Source of the DNA: Promethearchaeota archaeon
GTDB lineage: Archaea > Asgardarchaeota > Lokiarchaeia > Sigyniarchaeales > SOKP01
Length of the DNA: 31,482 nucleotides
Direction of reading: 5' to 3'
Assembly (NCBI GenBank): GCA_048938005.1
Contig: JBHLMQ010000037.1
Span: 1 to 31,482, forward strand
The notes under the pieces: generated by a model
What the model was told of the DNA's origin: nothing
What the model saw: the letters and a program-made list of their open reading frames with translations, nothing else
The model's database searches: none
Shown: piece by piece, positions 1 through 9,867 of the stretch
Numbering within the stretch: position 1 is the stretch's first letter
How the letters are laid out: every line of letters starts with the position of its first letter
Translations under genes and position numbers: made by a program

Positions 1-647
1 TATATCTAATTGCCGGTGTATCTGGAAGTGTTAATAATACATTTTACCTAAATTTTTTTAGAGATAATGGAAGACATGTTCAACAAAGTGGGATTAATGT
101 AAATGATAATGCATGGAATAATACAGAGATAGGAAACTATTGGGATAATTACACTGGTGTTGATATGAATGGAGATGGTATTGGAGATACACCGCATAAT
201 ATTAGCAAAACTCCCCTAATACAAGATTATCTTCCAATTGTCGATATTGATCCTCCAAATATTACAATTATAAAGCCTTCTAACAACTCTGTATTTGGAA
301 GTGCAGCTCCGAGTTTTGAGATAAAGGTTAATGAAAGATTTTTAGATGTAATGTGGTATACTCTTGATAGTGGTTTACATAATTACACTTTTACCAAAAA
401 TGGAACAATTGATCAGGCAGCATGGAATCTATTAGCCAATGGGCAAGTAAACCTTAGATTTTACGCATTTGATAAGGTTGGGAATATTGCACATGAATAT
501 ATACTAATTATAAAACAAAAAGAAGCAGCAATTCCAGGATATAATCTAATGATTTTACTTGGGTTATTTTTTCTTTTTTGCTTTATTTTAATAAAAACAG
601 CGAGTAAAAAGAGAAAAAATATAATAATATTAACTAAAGACAATTAA
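1..647 (+). CDS. 5'-truncated NosD/CASH right-handed beta-helix surface protein with Ig-like module and Loki-CTERM-type sorting tail
   Basis: The frame is open from nt 3 (YLIAGVSGSVNNTFYLNFFRDNG...WNNTEIGNYWDNYTGVDMNGDGIGDTP), so the ATG at 165 is internal. GNYWDxY...DGIGDxPY is the typical NosD C-terminal motif. The C-terminus is IPGY + hydrophobic helix + basic tail. Confidence 0.85.
   Translation, partial: YLIAGVSGSVNNTFYLNFFRDNGRHVQQSGINVNDNAWNNTEIGNYWDNYTGVDMNGDGIGDTPHNISKTPLIQDYLPIVDIDPPNITIIKPSNNSVFGSAAPSFEIKVNERFLDVMWYTLDSGLHNYTFTKNGTIDQAAWNLLANGQVNLRFYAFDKVGNIAHEYILIIKQKEAAIPGYNLMILLGLFFLFCFILIKTASKKRKNIIILTKDN
114..590 (+). repeat. Copy A of the repeated NosD C-terminal/Ig-like/anchor module
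   Basis: Aligns by eye with 2050-2450 and 3748-4225. The 36 nt TAAAACAAAAAGAAGCAGCAATTCCAGGATATAATC is identical at 511-546 and 4145-4180. Confidence 0.85.
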
Positions 648-666
648 TAAATAATTTTAAGAGAAT

Positions 667-3600
667 ATGAGAATACTAGCTAAAAAGTTATGGAATAAAA
701 GATTATTTGGAGTGATGTTTTTAATATTTTGCTTTTTAAATCTCGGATTTTTTATTCAGAATTATGGATTTAAAGAACAGACTACTAAAATTAATCATGA
801 TAAAGACAATTCAGAAAATTTAAAAATTTCAGTGGATACTGCCGTTTTAGGTAATTTATCTGAACTTATAGATGCAGGATTATTAACAGGTTCAGGAACA
901 TATTCCGATCCGTACCTTATCAAAGATCTAATATTGAAAGGTAATGGCACAGGAATTGGAATACAGATAGGTACAAATAAAGACGATTATTTTAGAATCG
1001 AGAATTGTACGATTTATAATTTTACTAAAGGTATAGAATTATTCAATTCTAACAACGTAACATTATATGCTAATAATTGTTCGCAAAATGATTATGGTAT
1101 TCATATGGATGGATTTTTAATGGCCAATCCACCTGCTCATTTAATGAAATATATAGGGTGTTTAAACAACACACTTCTTGAAAACATATGTAATAATAAT
1201 ACGTATAGTGGAATTAATTTAACAGATTCAGGGGGTTATAACAAATTTATTGGAAATGTCATTAATTACAATCAAAATGGCATATATTTAGAAGGAGGAA
1301 TTCAAGATAACTTAATTTCAGGAAACATTTTAAACCAAAATAAAGATATTGGAATTAAAATACGCACTTTTAATTATAATATAACAGGAAATTCCATGAA
1401 AGGATCTGGTTTATTAATTCCGGATGGTACGATTGAAGAATTTTCTTTACTTAATATTGATAAGACTAATATTGTGAACGGCAAACCAATATATTATTAT
1501 GTAAATAGAACAAAATTATCTTCATCGAATTTTACTAATGGAGGTCAAATATTTTTAGTTAACTGTTCTAATGTTTTGATTTCAGACTTAAATGTATCTT
1601 ATTCTTCCCAAGGTATCTCTTCTTTTCATTCAAATAATGTAACAGTGGTAAACACCGATTCTTCTTTTAATATTGATGGCATTTATATATCTAATACAAA
1701 TAATAGTTATATTAGGAGGAATATTGTAAATAATAATGATAGGGCAATTTATATCACAGGAGGTTGCCAAAATACTAATATATCTGAAAATCTTGTTAAA
1801 AATAATAAGGAGAGGGGAATCCATTTAAAGTTTTTTAATAATAATAACACATTCATTGATAATAGAATTATAAACAATTTTGTTGGGATTCATCTACAAA
1901 TAAGCAGCTACAATTTAATATCAGGAAACATCATAAAAAATAATACTTATGGTTTAGAGATGGATGCAGGTTGTGATTATTCTCTTATTTATGAGAATTT
2001 TTTTATTAATAATTCAGTACACGCTAGTGTGGGTGCAATTCATAATAAATGGAATAGTTCAGAGATAGGAAATTATTGGGATGATTATACAGGAACAGAT
2101 TTAGATGGGAATGGTATTGGTGACATTCCTTATAATATTAGTATTTCTCCCTTAACACAAGATTATCTTCCTATTGTCGATATTGACCATCCAAATATTA
2201 CAATTATAAAGCCCTCTAATAACTCTGTGTGTGGAAGTACAGCCCCAAGCTTTGAGATTAAAGTCAATGAGAGATTTCTAGATTTAATGTGGTATACTCT
2301 TGATGATGGATTGCATAATTTTACTATTACTGAGAATGGCACATTAGATCAAATAGAGTGGAGTAAATTACCTAGAGGTATAGTAACTCTTAAATTTTTT
2401 GCTCTTGATAAAGTTGGAAATGTTGCGAATAAAGAAGTTTTAATCATCAAAGTTTCAGGAAGAATTATTATTTCTAATAATTGGTTTGATGCGAAAATTG
2501 CTGAAATTTGTACAGGTTCAGGAAACGTCTCAGATCCTTATGTTATTAAAAATTTAATAATAAATGGAGGTGGTGACGGTGTTGGAATCTTAATAGTAAA
2601 TTCTAAAAAGGTTTTCTTCAGAATTGAGAATTGTACAATATTTAATTGTTGGTATGGTATACGATTGCTGAGATCGTGTAATGGTACGCTTTTGAATAAT
2701 AACTGCTCTAATAATGATAACGGTATCTATTTAGATGGATGGACAGACAAGTCTCAATTCACACAAGAAGAATTTCTTACATTTTATTGCATGAATAATA
2801 CAGTATCTAATAATATTATTAACCAAAATGCACATTATGGTATTTATACGAGAAATTCAGATAATAATACTATTACAGGAAATTATATAAACCAGAATCA
2901 ATATGGGATATATTTATCTTATTCTAATGATAATAATACTATTACAAATAATTTCTTAAGAAGAAACAATAATCCTGGAATATTTTTAGAAATGGGAGGG
3001 GATAATATTATAAAAGGGAATAAAATGTATTCATGTGGATTTTACGCGTGGGATGAACTGATTTTTACTTACAATATTATTGACACTACTAATTTAGTGA
3101 ACGATGGACATTTATATTTCTATGCTAACAGGACAAATTTGAATGCTAATGAATTATTAAACGCCGGACAAATTTATTTGATAAACTGTAGTAGTTCTAT
3201 AATATCTAACTTAGATTTGTCTGACGGAGCTGTTTCAATTTCCTTATATGATTGCATTGATATTAAAGTTAGTCACAACAATCTATCTGGCAATCGTTTG
3301 TGGGGTTTATATGCGGAAGGTTGCAATAAAATTATCATTGAAAACAATTTTATTGATTTTAATACTATAGGACTGGAATTACGTGATTTTAATAATTCTA
3401 TGGTGTTAGGAAATACCGTTAAAAATAATGTTATGTATGGGATTTATCTGTCTGGGGGTTATAATAATACATTTGTAAACAATTGTATTCATTCAAATGG
3501 ATATAGTGGGATGAGAGTGTTTGCTATTTGTCTATATAATAATTTCACTAATAATAGATTTATCGGCAATCCCAACGAAGGTTTATCATTTGGGTATTAC

Positions 3601-4272
3601 AGTTCTTATAATATTATTTCTGGAAATATTTTCAAAGACAATCGAATAGGAATGACTGCTGATTCCGTCAGCGGATACAATCTATTTTATGAAAACTTTT
3701 TTAGGGACAATGTGTTAGATGTTGAGGATAATAATATAAATAATAAATGGAATAACACTCAAATTGGTAATTATTGGGACAATTATACTGGTATTGACAG
3801 CAATGGTGATGGTATTGGTGATATTCCTTATAATATAAGTATATCTCCATTGATACAAGATTATCTTCCTATTGTTGATAACAATCCTCCAAATATTACA
3901 ATTATAAAACCATCTAATAACACAGTATTTGGAAGTATTGCTCCAAGCTTTGAGATAGAAGTTAATGAAAGATTTTTAGATTTAATGTGGTATACTCTTG
4001 ATGGTGGTTTACATAATTACACTTTTTCCAAGAATGGAACAATTGATCAGGCAGCATGGAATTTAGTACCCAATGGTCAAGTAAAGCTGAGATTTTACGC
4101 AGTTGATAAGGTCGGATATATCGCATATGAAGATTTAATAATTGTAAAACAAAAAGAAGCAGCAATTCCAGGATATAATCCAATGATTTTACTTGGCTTA
4201 TTCGTTCTTTTTTGCTTCACTTTAATAAAAATTATAAGAAATAAAGAAAAGAAAATTAGAAAATCTAGTTAA
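667..4272 (+). CDS. Large secreted NosD/right-handed parallel beta-helix protein, two tandem units, Loki-CTERM-type anchor
   Basis: N-terminal basic + hydrophobic signal/TM; many Asn-rich (N..GI.L) beta-helix repeats; GSG(T/N)xSDPYxI twice; GNYWDxYTGxDxxGxGIGDIPY twice; C-terminal IPGY-TM-KEKKIRK. Confidence 0.9.
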   Translation: MRILAKKLWNKRLFGVMFLIFCFLNLGFFIQNYGFKEQTTKINHDKDNSENLKISVDTAVLGNLSELIDAGLLTGSGTYSDPYLIKDLILKGNGTGIGIQIGTNKDDYFRIENCTIYNFTKGIELFNSNNVTLYANNCSQNDYGIHMDGFLMANPPAHLMKYIGCLNNTLLENICNNNTYSGINLTDSGGYNKFIGNVINYNQNGIYLEGGIQDNLISGNILNQNKDIGIKIRTFNYNITGNSMKGSGLLIPDGTIEEFSLLNIDKTNIVNGKPIYYYVNRTKLSSSNFTNGGQIFLVNCSNVLISDLNVSYSSQGISSFHSNNVTVVNTDSSFNIDGIYISNTNNSYIRRNIVNNNDRAIYITGGCQNTNISENLVKNNKERGIHLKFFNNNNTFIDNRIINNFVGIHLQISSYNLISGNIIKNNTYGLEMDAGCDYSLIYENFFINNSVHASVGAIHNKWNSSEIGNYWDDYTGTDLDGNGIGDIPYNISISPLTQDYLPIVDIDHPNITIIKPSNNSVCGSTAPSFEIKVNERFLDLMWYTLDDGLHNFTITENGTLDQIEWSKLPRGIVTLKFFALDKVGNVANKEVLIIKVSGRIIISNNWFDAKIAEICTGSGNVSDPYVIKNLIINGGGDGVGILIVNSKKVFFRIENCTIFNCWYGIRLLRSCNGTLLNNNCSNNDNGIYLDGWTDKSQFTQEEFLTFYCMNNTVSNNIINQNAHYGIYTRNSDNNTITGNYINQNQYGIYLSYSNDNNTITNNFLRRNNNPGIFLEMGGDNIIKGNKMYSCGFYAWDELIFTYNIIDTTNLVNDGHLYFYANRTNLNANELLNAGQIYLINCSSSIISNLDLSDGAVSISLYDCIDIKVSHNNLSGNRLWGLYAEGCNKIIIENNFIDFNTIGLELRDFNNSMVLGNTVKNNVMYGIYLSGGYNNTFVNNCIHSNGYSGMRVFAICLYNNFTNNRFIGNPNEGLSFGYYSSYNIISGNIFKDNRIGMTADSVSGYNLFYENFFRDNVLDVEDNNINNKWNNTQIGNYWDNYTGIDSNGDGIGDIPYNISISPLIQDYLPIVDNNPPNITIIKPSNNTVFGSIAPSFEIEVNERFLDLMWYTLDGGLHNYTFSKNGTIDQAAWNLVPNGQVKLRFYAVDKVGYIAYEDLIIVKQKEAAIPGYNPMILLGLFVLFCFTLIKIIRNKEKKIRKSS
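2050..2450 (+). repeat. Copy B (internal, no anchor) of the repeated module
   Basis: Shares CAAGATTATCTTCCxATTGT..., CCAAATATTACAATTATAAA and TAATGTGGTATACTCTTGAT with copies A and C. Confidence 0.8.
3748..4225 (+). repeat. Copy C of the repeated module
   Basis: Near-identical to copy A, e.g. AATGGAACAATTGATCAGGCAGCATGGAAT in both. Confidence 0.85.
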
Positions 4273-4359
4273 ATTCTTTATAACAAATTTAATTAACCAC
4301 ACTAATTTAGATATCTATAAATTTTTTTAAAAACTAATTATTCAACAAATATAATTCAA

Positions 4360-4821
4360 GTGATCAAGATGAAAAGATCAAAATTAGAGATTGGTTCATT
4401 TTTAATGGTTTTTTTGGGAGTATATACCATAGTTATTTCATTATTATGGATATTTGTAACTGAAATAATGTTTGTGAGTGATTTTGCATATTACACGGGT
4501 CAGACATACCCACAATATTTAGCAAGTGATCCTAGTTTTGCCCAGATGTACATCATAACAAAAAAGTTAATTGGTTTCATTCTTTTAGCTAATGGGATTA
4601 TGATTCTTTTGCTAACCCAAAAGAGTTATCGCAAAGCTGAAAAATGGTCGTGGTATGCGCTTCTAATAGGTGGTGGAATATCTTGGGGTACCTTTATAGG
4701 ATATAAAATTTTTATTGGATATATTGGATATAGTATAATTACTTTCGTTGTTGGAGCTACACTTCTTGTGGTTGGTCTAGCTTTTCCAGTCAAAGAAATC
4801 TTAGGTAAAAAAGCAATATAA
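4360..4821 (+). CDS. Hypothetical integral membrane protein (about 4 TM helices)
   Basis: 153 aa ORF with four hydrophobic segments and a KWSWYALL motif; no family recognised. Confidence 0.75.
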   Translation: MIKMKRSKLEIGSFLMVFLGVYTIVISLLWIFVTEIMFVSDFAYYTGQTYPQYLASDPSFAQMYIITKKLIGFILLANGIMILLLTQKSYRKAEKWSWYALLIGGGISWGTFIGYKIFIGYIGYSIITFVVGATLLVVGLAFPVKEILGKKAI

Positions 4822-5101
4822 TTTTCTAAATTTTATTTTTCTTTAAAAAAAAGAAAGAAAATTGGGTTTACCAAATATGTTAAAATGAACTAATATGCCT
4901 GATCCATTTAGTATTGGGAGACATAATTTCGAAAAATGGTCTAAATTGCTATGAGATATTGCAGAAAAGTCGGGAAAGAATTATTTTAAACCTTGTAACC
5001 TTATGAAATCTAGTGATTTTGTTAAAATGAGAAGGTAGATTCCATGTGATTTATAAACATGACAAATATTTAATTTTCAAAAATAAAAATAAAAAAAAGG
5101 A

Positions 5102-6361
5102 TTATAATAATCCAGTATATCTCTGAATTTGAGATTGGACTAAAAGTAGTTGGATATTTCTTGATCCGCCAATTACTTCTTCAATTTTACTGATATCACA
5201 AAGTTCATCAACGGGAGTATTATCGGTGATTGATATGCCGCCCATATGTTGTTGAATCTCATAGCAAACTTCGTGTGTGAGTTTAGCTAAATAATATTTA
5301 CCTTGAGAAGAAATAGACGCAACCCATTTTTCAGCTTCTTTAGAAGGCTTTTCTGTAAATAGAATTTTATCATCATATACTGTTGCTGCTTGTAGAGCGA
5401 GAGCAGTTGCTGCATTAGTTTTTGTCAATAAATCTGCTAATCCATATCCAACACCTTGATATCTAATTACAGGTTTACCAAATTGTTTCCTTAAATTGGT
5501 ATAAATAATACCATAAACTAGACCGGCCCAACAAATTCCTACTCCACTTCCCATGATAGAAAGTCTTTCAGGAACTAAACCTTCAAAAAGTCTTTTATAT
5601 CCAAGCCCATCATCAGCAAGTACATAATCTTTAGGTACTAAAACATTGTCTAATATAGTATGTGCAATCTGAACTCGTGGTACAGAAGTAATTTTTAAAC
5701 GATTAGTTTTTACTCCAAATTCACGAGCGATAATAGCTTGAACCATTGTATCTCTCGGATTTGCTTCATCATAAACTCCATAACATGCAAAATAATCAGC
5801 AACTGCCCCATTGGTAGTGTATACTTTTTCTCCATTATATATAACACCATCGTCAGTTTTTGTACATATCGTAGTCAAATTTACTGCATCCGAACCCCTC
5901 TCAGGTTCAGTAATACCTATACAACCAATTTTTTCTCCAGATAAAAGCTCATCTTGTACCTTTTGTGGTATGTCAGACTCACCTCCATGAACATAATAAT
6001 GAAATGTGGGGTTTCCACACAATATCCCTGTCGCCACCCGAGCTAGTTCTAATTGAGGGTCTAATAACGATATATGGGCACCTAATAATATTTCTCGTTT
6101 CATTCCATAAGGTTTGAAGTCTTTCCATGGATTTATTCTTTGTATGTATCCACGCTTACCAAGTTCGGGAAGTAACCCATATACATCCTTTGATTTATCG
6201 ATTTTAGGGTGTAAATCTAAGCAAAAGTTTTGTAATTCGTGACAATACTCTCGTTCTTTTTCATTCAGCATTGGAAATACATTGTCATTAAAGATTTTGA
6301 AGACATTTTCCAAAGACATCTTCTCAAGAATTTGATCATTAATAACTTTCTCTTGAAACAT
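5102..6361 (-). CDS. Acyl-CoA dehydrogenase family protein
   Basis: IGCIGITEPERGSD (FAD-binding), NGEKVYTTNG, RKQFGKP, QHMGG. The C-terminal IYEG Glu position reads VIGG while LVPERL has Glu, as in isovaleryl-/long-chain-type enzymes. Confidence 0.92.
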   Translation of the reverse strand: MFQEKVINDQILEKMSLENVFKIFNDNVFPMLNEKEREYCHELQNFCLDLHPKIDKSKDVYGLLPELGKRGYIQRINPWKDFKPYGMKREILLGAHISLLDPQLELARVATGILCGNPTFHYYVHGGESDIPQKVQDELLSGEKIGCIGITEPERGSDAVNLTTICTKTDDGVIYNGEKVYTTNGAVADYFACYGVYDEANPRDTMVQAIIAREFGVKTNRLKITSVPRVQIAHTILDNVLVPKDYVLADDGLGYKRLFEGLVPERLSIMGSGVGICWAGLVYGIIYTNLRKQFGKPVIRYQGVGYGLADLLTKTNAATALALQAATVYDDKILFTEKPSKEAEKWVASISSQGKYYLAKLTHEVCYEIQQHMGGISITDNTPVDELCDISKIEEVIGGSRNIQLLLVQSQIQRYTGLL

Positions 6362-6486
6362 TTTTTCGTCAATTTAATTTGTATTTTTTAAAATTTGAAA
6401 GAATTTATGTTAATTAGTTTAAATTTTTTATTACAATTAAATCTTTAAGATTAAAAGCAGTTAGAAAGAATTCAAAAATAATTATC

Positions 6487-8244
6487 TTAAATGTAATTTT
6501 CTTTTATATATTTCTGGACTCTTTTTATTTCATCTAAATAAGTCTCTACTTTTCCAAAAATATAAAATCTAACCTCTGGACCTGTTCCACTTGGTCTAAA
6601 ATAAAGTGTTGAGTCATTACTTTTTAATTGATAGATGTCGATCATATCATTATTATCTGATAATGCTTGGACATTATATTCTTTCTCATCAATCATAATT
6701 TTTTTGTTATGGTTTTTTTCAAAATTTTTCATAATTTTGACTTTTTCTTCGTCAACAGCGTGAATAGTACGGTTTATTCCCTTTATTGACCAATCAATCG
6801 CTTTAGAAATAACATATCCCCTACATATAAGCTCTGTTATTAATATTAAAGCAGGTACAGGATATTTATCCGCGATTATTGTAAAATCTGTAGAGAAATC
6901 ATAATCTCCTGTTTTTTTATTTTTTGAAACATTCAAAATATTTAGTGTATGTCCCCCGCTCTCTTCCCAATAAACCATTAAGAAAGATTCTTTTTCTATA
7001 TTATGAATTTCCATCAATTTAATTATTTGTTGTCTAAGTGGAGTTGGATTATCAATTTTGATTAAATTTCCATTCTCATCTTCAAAATAAAGTATAGCTG
7101 TATCTATTTTTGATTGATCTACATCGATTCCAAGAAGGAAATACATAATCACACCTAAATGCTTATAGCCAACCCCTGTTAATATATTTAAAAAACTTGT
7201 ATGATCGCTTCTCAAATCAGTTGGAATAGTTCTTACATTTATAATTTTTTTATTAAATTCCTTTGCTAATATATTATGCATTGCAGAATAGATATCATTA
7301 GGTATATAGGTAAAATATTCTCCATCTTGTTTAACATAAATGGCAATTCGATCCCTGTCAGCATCAAGTAATAAGGCTATATTCGAATTTGCCTGAGTCA
7401 TAACAGATTGTAATTTTTCTTCTCGAATAATTTTTATAGGATTTGGAGGATTGATTTCCTCCTCTATAAGAAGTACATTTGCTCCATAATCATTAAATAA
7501 GTTAACAATACCTCTTGCCTTTCCTAAATATGGCCAAATTACAATATTTTTGCCTTTTAAATTTTTGATTTCTAAAATCTTTGATAATAAATTTTTCGTA
7601 TATTCATTATTTTTTTTCTCTGCGTCAATTAAAATTGGTTTTACAGATTTTAGGTAGATTTCTTTAAATTCTAAAGCTTTTTTCGAGATATCTTTGAATA
7701 AATCTCCTGATAAAGGTATTGGGTAATCAATATAAACTTTAATGCCATTCCAAGATAAATCATTATGACTAGCTGTCAAAACAATAATAAGGTTAATTTC
7801 ATCATATAAAGCTACAGATGCCGCTCCGTAAGGTGAAGAGATTCGTGATTTACCCTCTTCATCTATTTGATAATAGATTTCATATCCATCATAAGCAAAG
7901 ATTTGAGAACAGTATTGTAATACAATATCTTTAGTTGGGCGGTCATCAGTAACTATTAAAATCTTTAAATTTTGGTTATTTTTCATTTCTTTAAATTTTT
8001 GGCTAATTGCCTTGAAAACTCTTAGAAAGAGGAAAAACTTGCTATTCGTTAAGACGTATTTTTCTTTATCATCCTTTTTTTTAATATCAAGAAGTTGAAT
8101 TCTCAAGCCTGATGTAGGAGCTACAATAGGATCAATAATATTTTTTTCTTCCTCTGTTAATTCTGGTAATTTTATAATTTTTATTCCTTCAACTACCTCA
8201 ACTAATTCAATATCTTCAATTTCAAAATCAATCAGAATCTCCAC
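6487..8244 (-). CDS. Alpha-D-phosphohexomutase (phosphoglucomutase/phosphomannomutase) family protein, divergent
   Basis: TSGLR, LTASHN (phospho-Ser), DADRDR (metal loop), GVGYK, WEESGG (sugar loop), RPSGT (phosphate loop); GTG start. Confidence 0.88.
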   Translation of the reverse strand: MEILIDFEIEDIELVEVVEGIKIIKLPELTEEEKNIIDPIVAPTSGLRIQLLDIKKKDDKEKYVLTNSKFFLFLRVFKAISQKFKEMKNNQNLKILIVTDDRPTKDIVLQYCSQIFAYDGYEIYYQIDEEGKSRISSPYGAASVALYDEINLIIVLTASHNDLSWNGIKVYIDYPIPLSGDLFKDISKKALEFKEIYLKSVKPILIDAEKKNNEYTKNLLSKILEIKNLKGKNIVIWPYLGKARGIVNLFNDYGANVLLIEEEINPPNPIKIIREEKLQSVMTQANSNIALLLDADRDRIAIYVKQDGEYFTYIPNDIYSAMHNILAKEFNKKIINVRTIPTDLRSDHTSFLNILTGVGYKHLGVIMYFLLGIDVDQSKIDTAILYFEDENGNLIKIDNPTPLRQQIIKLMEIHNIEKESFLMVYWEESGGHTLNILNVSKNKKTGDYDFSTDFTIIADKYPVPALILITELICRGYVISKAIDWSIKGINRTIHAVDEEKVKIMKNFEKNHNKKIMIDEKEYNVQALSDNNDMIDIYQLKSNDSTLYFRPSGTGPEVRFYIFGKVETYLDEIKRVQKYIKENYI

Positions 8245-8283
8245 CTTAAATAGATTAAAATTTATTTATCATTTATTAAAAAT

Positions 8284-9162
8284 TTAAGAAATTTCTTTTA
8301 TTGCTTCTTTTAAGATTGCCAGAATTTTTTCTCGATACATAGGCTCAATAGCAATCATTCCATAAGTTTTAATAACACGTTTTTCGCTGGATAAGATTTT
8401 CTCGCAAAATTCAGGTGTTAGCCTATTTGCTAAATCTTGTTTATTTGCAATACCTATTACAAATTTGTCTTCATAATATTTATCTAATATATCATGAATT
8501 ATTTCTTTTGAATTATTAATATTTTCAAATGTTGAATCTGTAACCAGTAATGTAATATCAGTTCCTTGTAGGAGACTTTTCCATAATGATCTGAATTGAG
8601 CCTGTCCTGCAAAATCCCATAATGTTATAGATCTTTCAAACTCATCACCTTCATAAGAGGCTATATCTGCAGTAATGGTTGGAACATATTCAAGATCTAC
8701 ATCTTTCCCACAGATTAGTTTGGTCAATGTAGTCTTTCCTACACCACCAAAACCTATAATGGATACTTTAATGGCGCCTAAAATAATATGATCTAATTCT
8801 TTTTCAAATTCAGAAAAAACACTACGATTTCCTCCCCACTTATCATTCTTAAGAATTTTACCATATTTATCTATAAATCTAGTTCTTATGCTGAGGATCT
8901 TTGAATTTACCATAGCATCATCATCTTCTAAGTCAGTACAAACTACAATGATTATCGTATCGATTATTGTATAGAAATATTTGAAATCCTCAGTTTGAGT
9001 GCTTTTAATGTCACTTTGGCTAATTTCCTTCATGAAACCTGAAAAAGCACTTAAAAATCCCGCTAATAAATCTCTGTCTACCTCAGAACTTCCGTAATTC
9101 CTAAATAACAATGATTTCCCATCTCTAGTTAATATGTTCACGTATTCAATCAATGATTCCAC
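8284..9162 (-). CDS. Longin-like domain + Arf/Rab-like small GTPase fusion (eukaryotic signature protein)
   Basis: C-terminal half: G1 GFGGVGKTT, G2 YVPT, G3 WDFAGQ, FRSLW, G4 ANKQD. The N-terminal ~128 aa has a longin-type pattern (ILTRDGKSLLFRNY...LLAGFLSAF...IIIVVCTD...FxxFEKELD). Confidence 0.85.
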   Translation of the reverse strand: MESLIEYVNILTRDGKSLLFRNYGSSEVDRDLLAGFLSAFSGFMKEISQSDIKSTQTEDFKYFYTIIDTIIIVVCTDLEDDDAMVNSKILSIRTRFIDKYGKILKNDKWGGNRSVFSEFEKELDHIILGAIKVSIIGFGGVGKTTLTKLICGKDVDLEYVPTITADIASYEGDEFERSITLWDFAGQAQFRSLWKSLLQGTDITLLVTDSTFENINNSKEIIHDILDKYYEDKFVIGIANKQDLANRLTPEFCEKILSSEKRVIKTYGMIAIEPMYREKILAILKEAIKEIS

Positions 9163-9291
9163 TTAAGAAGTTTTTTATAATAGCATTATATTAATTTAAT
9201 AATAAATTTCAATAAAAAATAAATTTTGTAAAAGTTCTTACTTTCTAATAACTATAAACTTTTTTAATCAAGAATTAGGAGAGGAAAATTA

Positions 9292-9867
9292 TTGGGATCT
9301 ACTGATAATTTAGATGAAAGATTAGATAAATTCGCATCAATCCTCGAAAAATTCGGTCTTGATATAATCACTAAAATGGGTCAAACAAACCTAAAAATTA
9401 AAATGTTAACAGATAAAATCAATGAGCTAAGTAAAGCTACGTTGGATATAAAATCCCTCTCACCACAGTTAAATAATGTAATTGAAAATCAAAAAATTCT
9501 TGAAGAGGAACTTGACTTAATTAGATCATTAATTCAGCGATCAGATATTACATTTCACTTAAAAGAAGCTAAAAGTGAAGAAATTGAGAGAGATACCTCA
9601 GCTACTGATAAAAAACAGGCTATAATTGATCAATTTAACACACTAGAAAATTATATTGAAGAAAATGATGATCCAAAACCTCTAGTTGAAAGCCTTGAAG
9701 CCATAAAAGAAGATATATTTATTTTCACTGGAGGCCATAGGATTCTCTATGAAATAGGACAATTTGCGAGCAAATTAAATGGCATGGAAACCCTTGCTGA
9801 TGATATGAAAGAATCCTTAAAAGAAAAAATTACTTTTTGGATAAATAAATTATCTGTAAAGGGATAA
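9292..9867 (+). CDS. Hypothetical alpha-helical/coiled-coil protein
   Basis: 191 aa, heptad-like Leu/Ile periodicity in the N-terminal half; AGGAGAGG SD-like sequence before a TTG start. Confidence 0.75.
   Translation: MGSTDNLDERLDKFASILEKFGLDIITKMGQTNLKIKMLTDKINELSKATLDIKSLSPQLNNVIENQKILEEELDLIRSLIQRSDITFHLKEAKSEEIERDTSATDKKQAIIDQFNTLENYIEENDDPKPLVESLEAIKEDIFIFTGGHRILYEIGQFASKLNGMETLADDMKESLKEKITFWINKLSVKG

Noticed and set aside
114-4225. Repeats as a diversity-generating retroelement TR/VR pair or a CRISPR array
   Set aside because: All copies are in-frame coding modules, differences are not adenine-specific, there is no reverse transcriptase in the window, and no short repeat-spacer periodicity.
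4822-5101. 280-nt convergent intergenic gap as ncRNA or gene remnant
   Set aside because: Only short weak stems and a 19-codon ORF; nothing beyond T/A-tract terminator-like runs.
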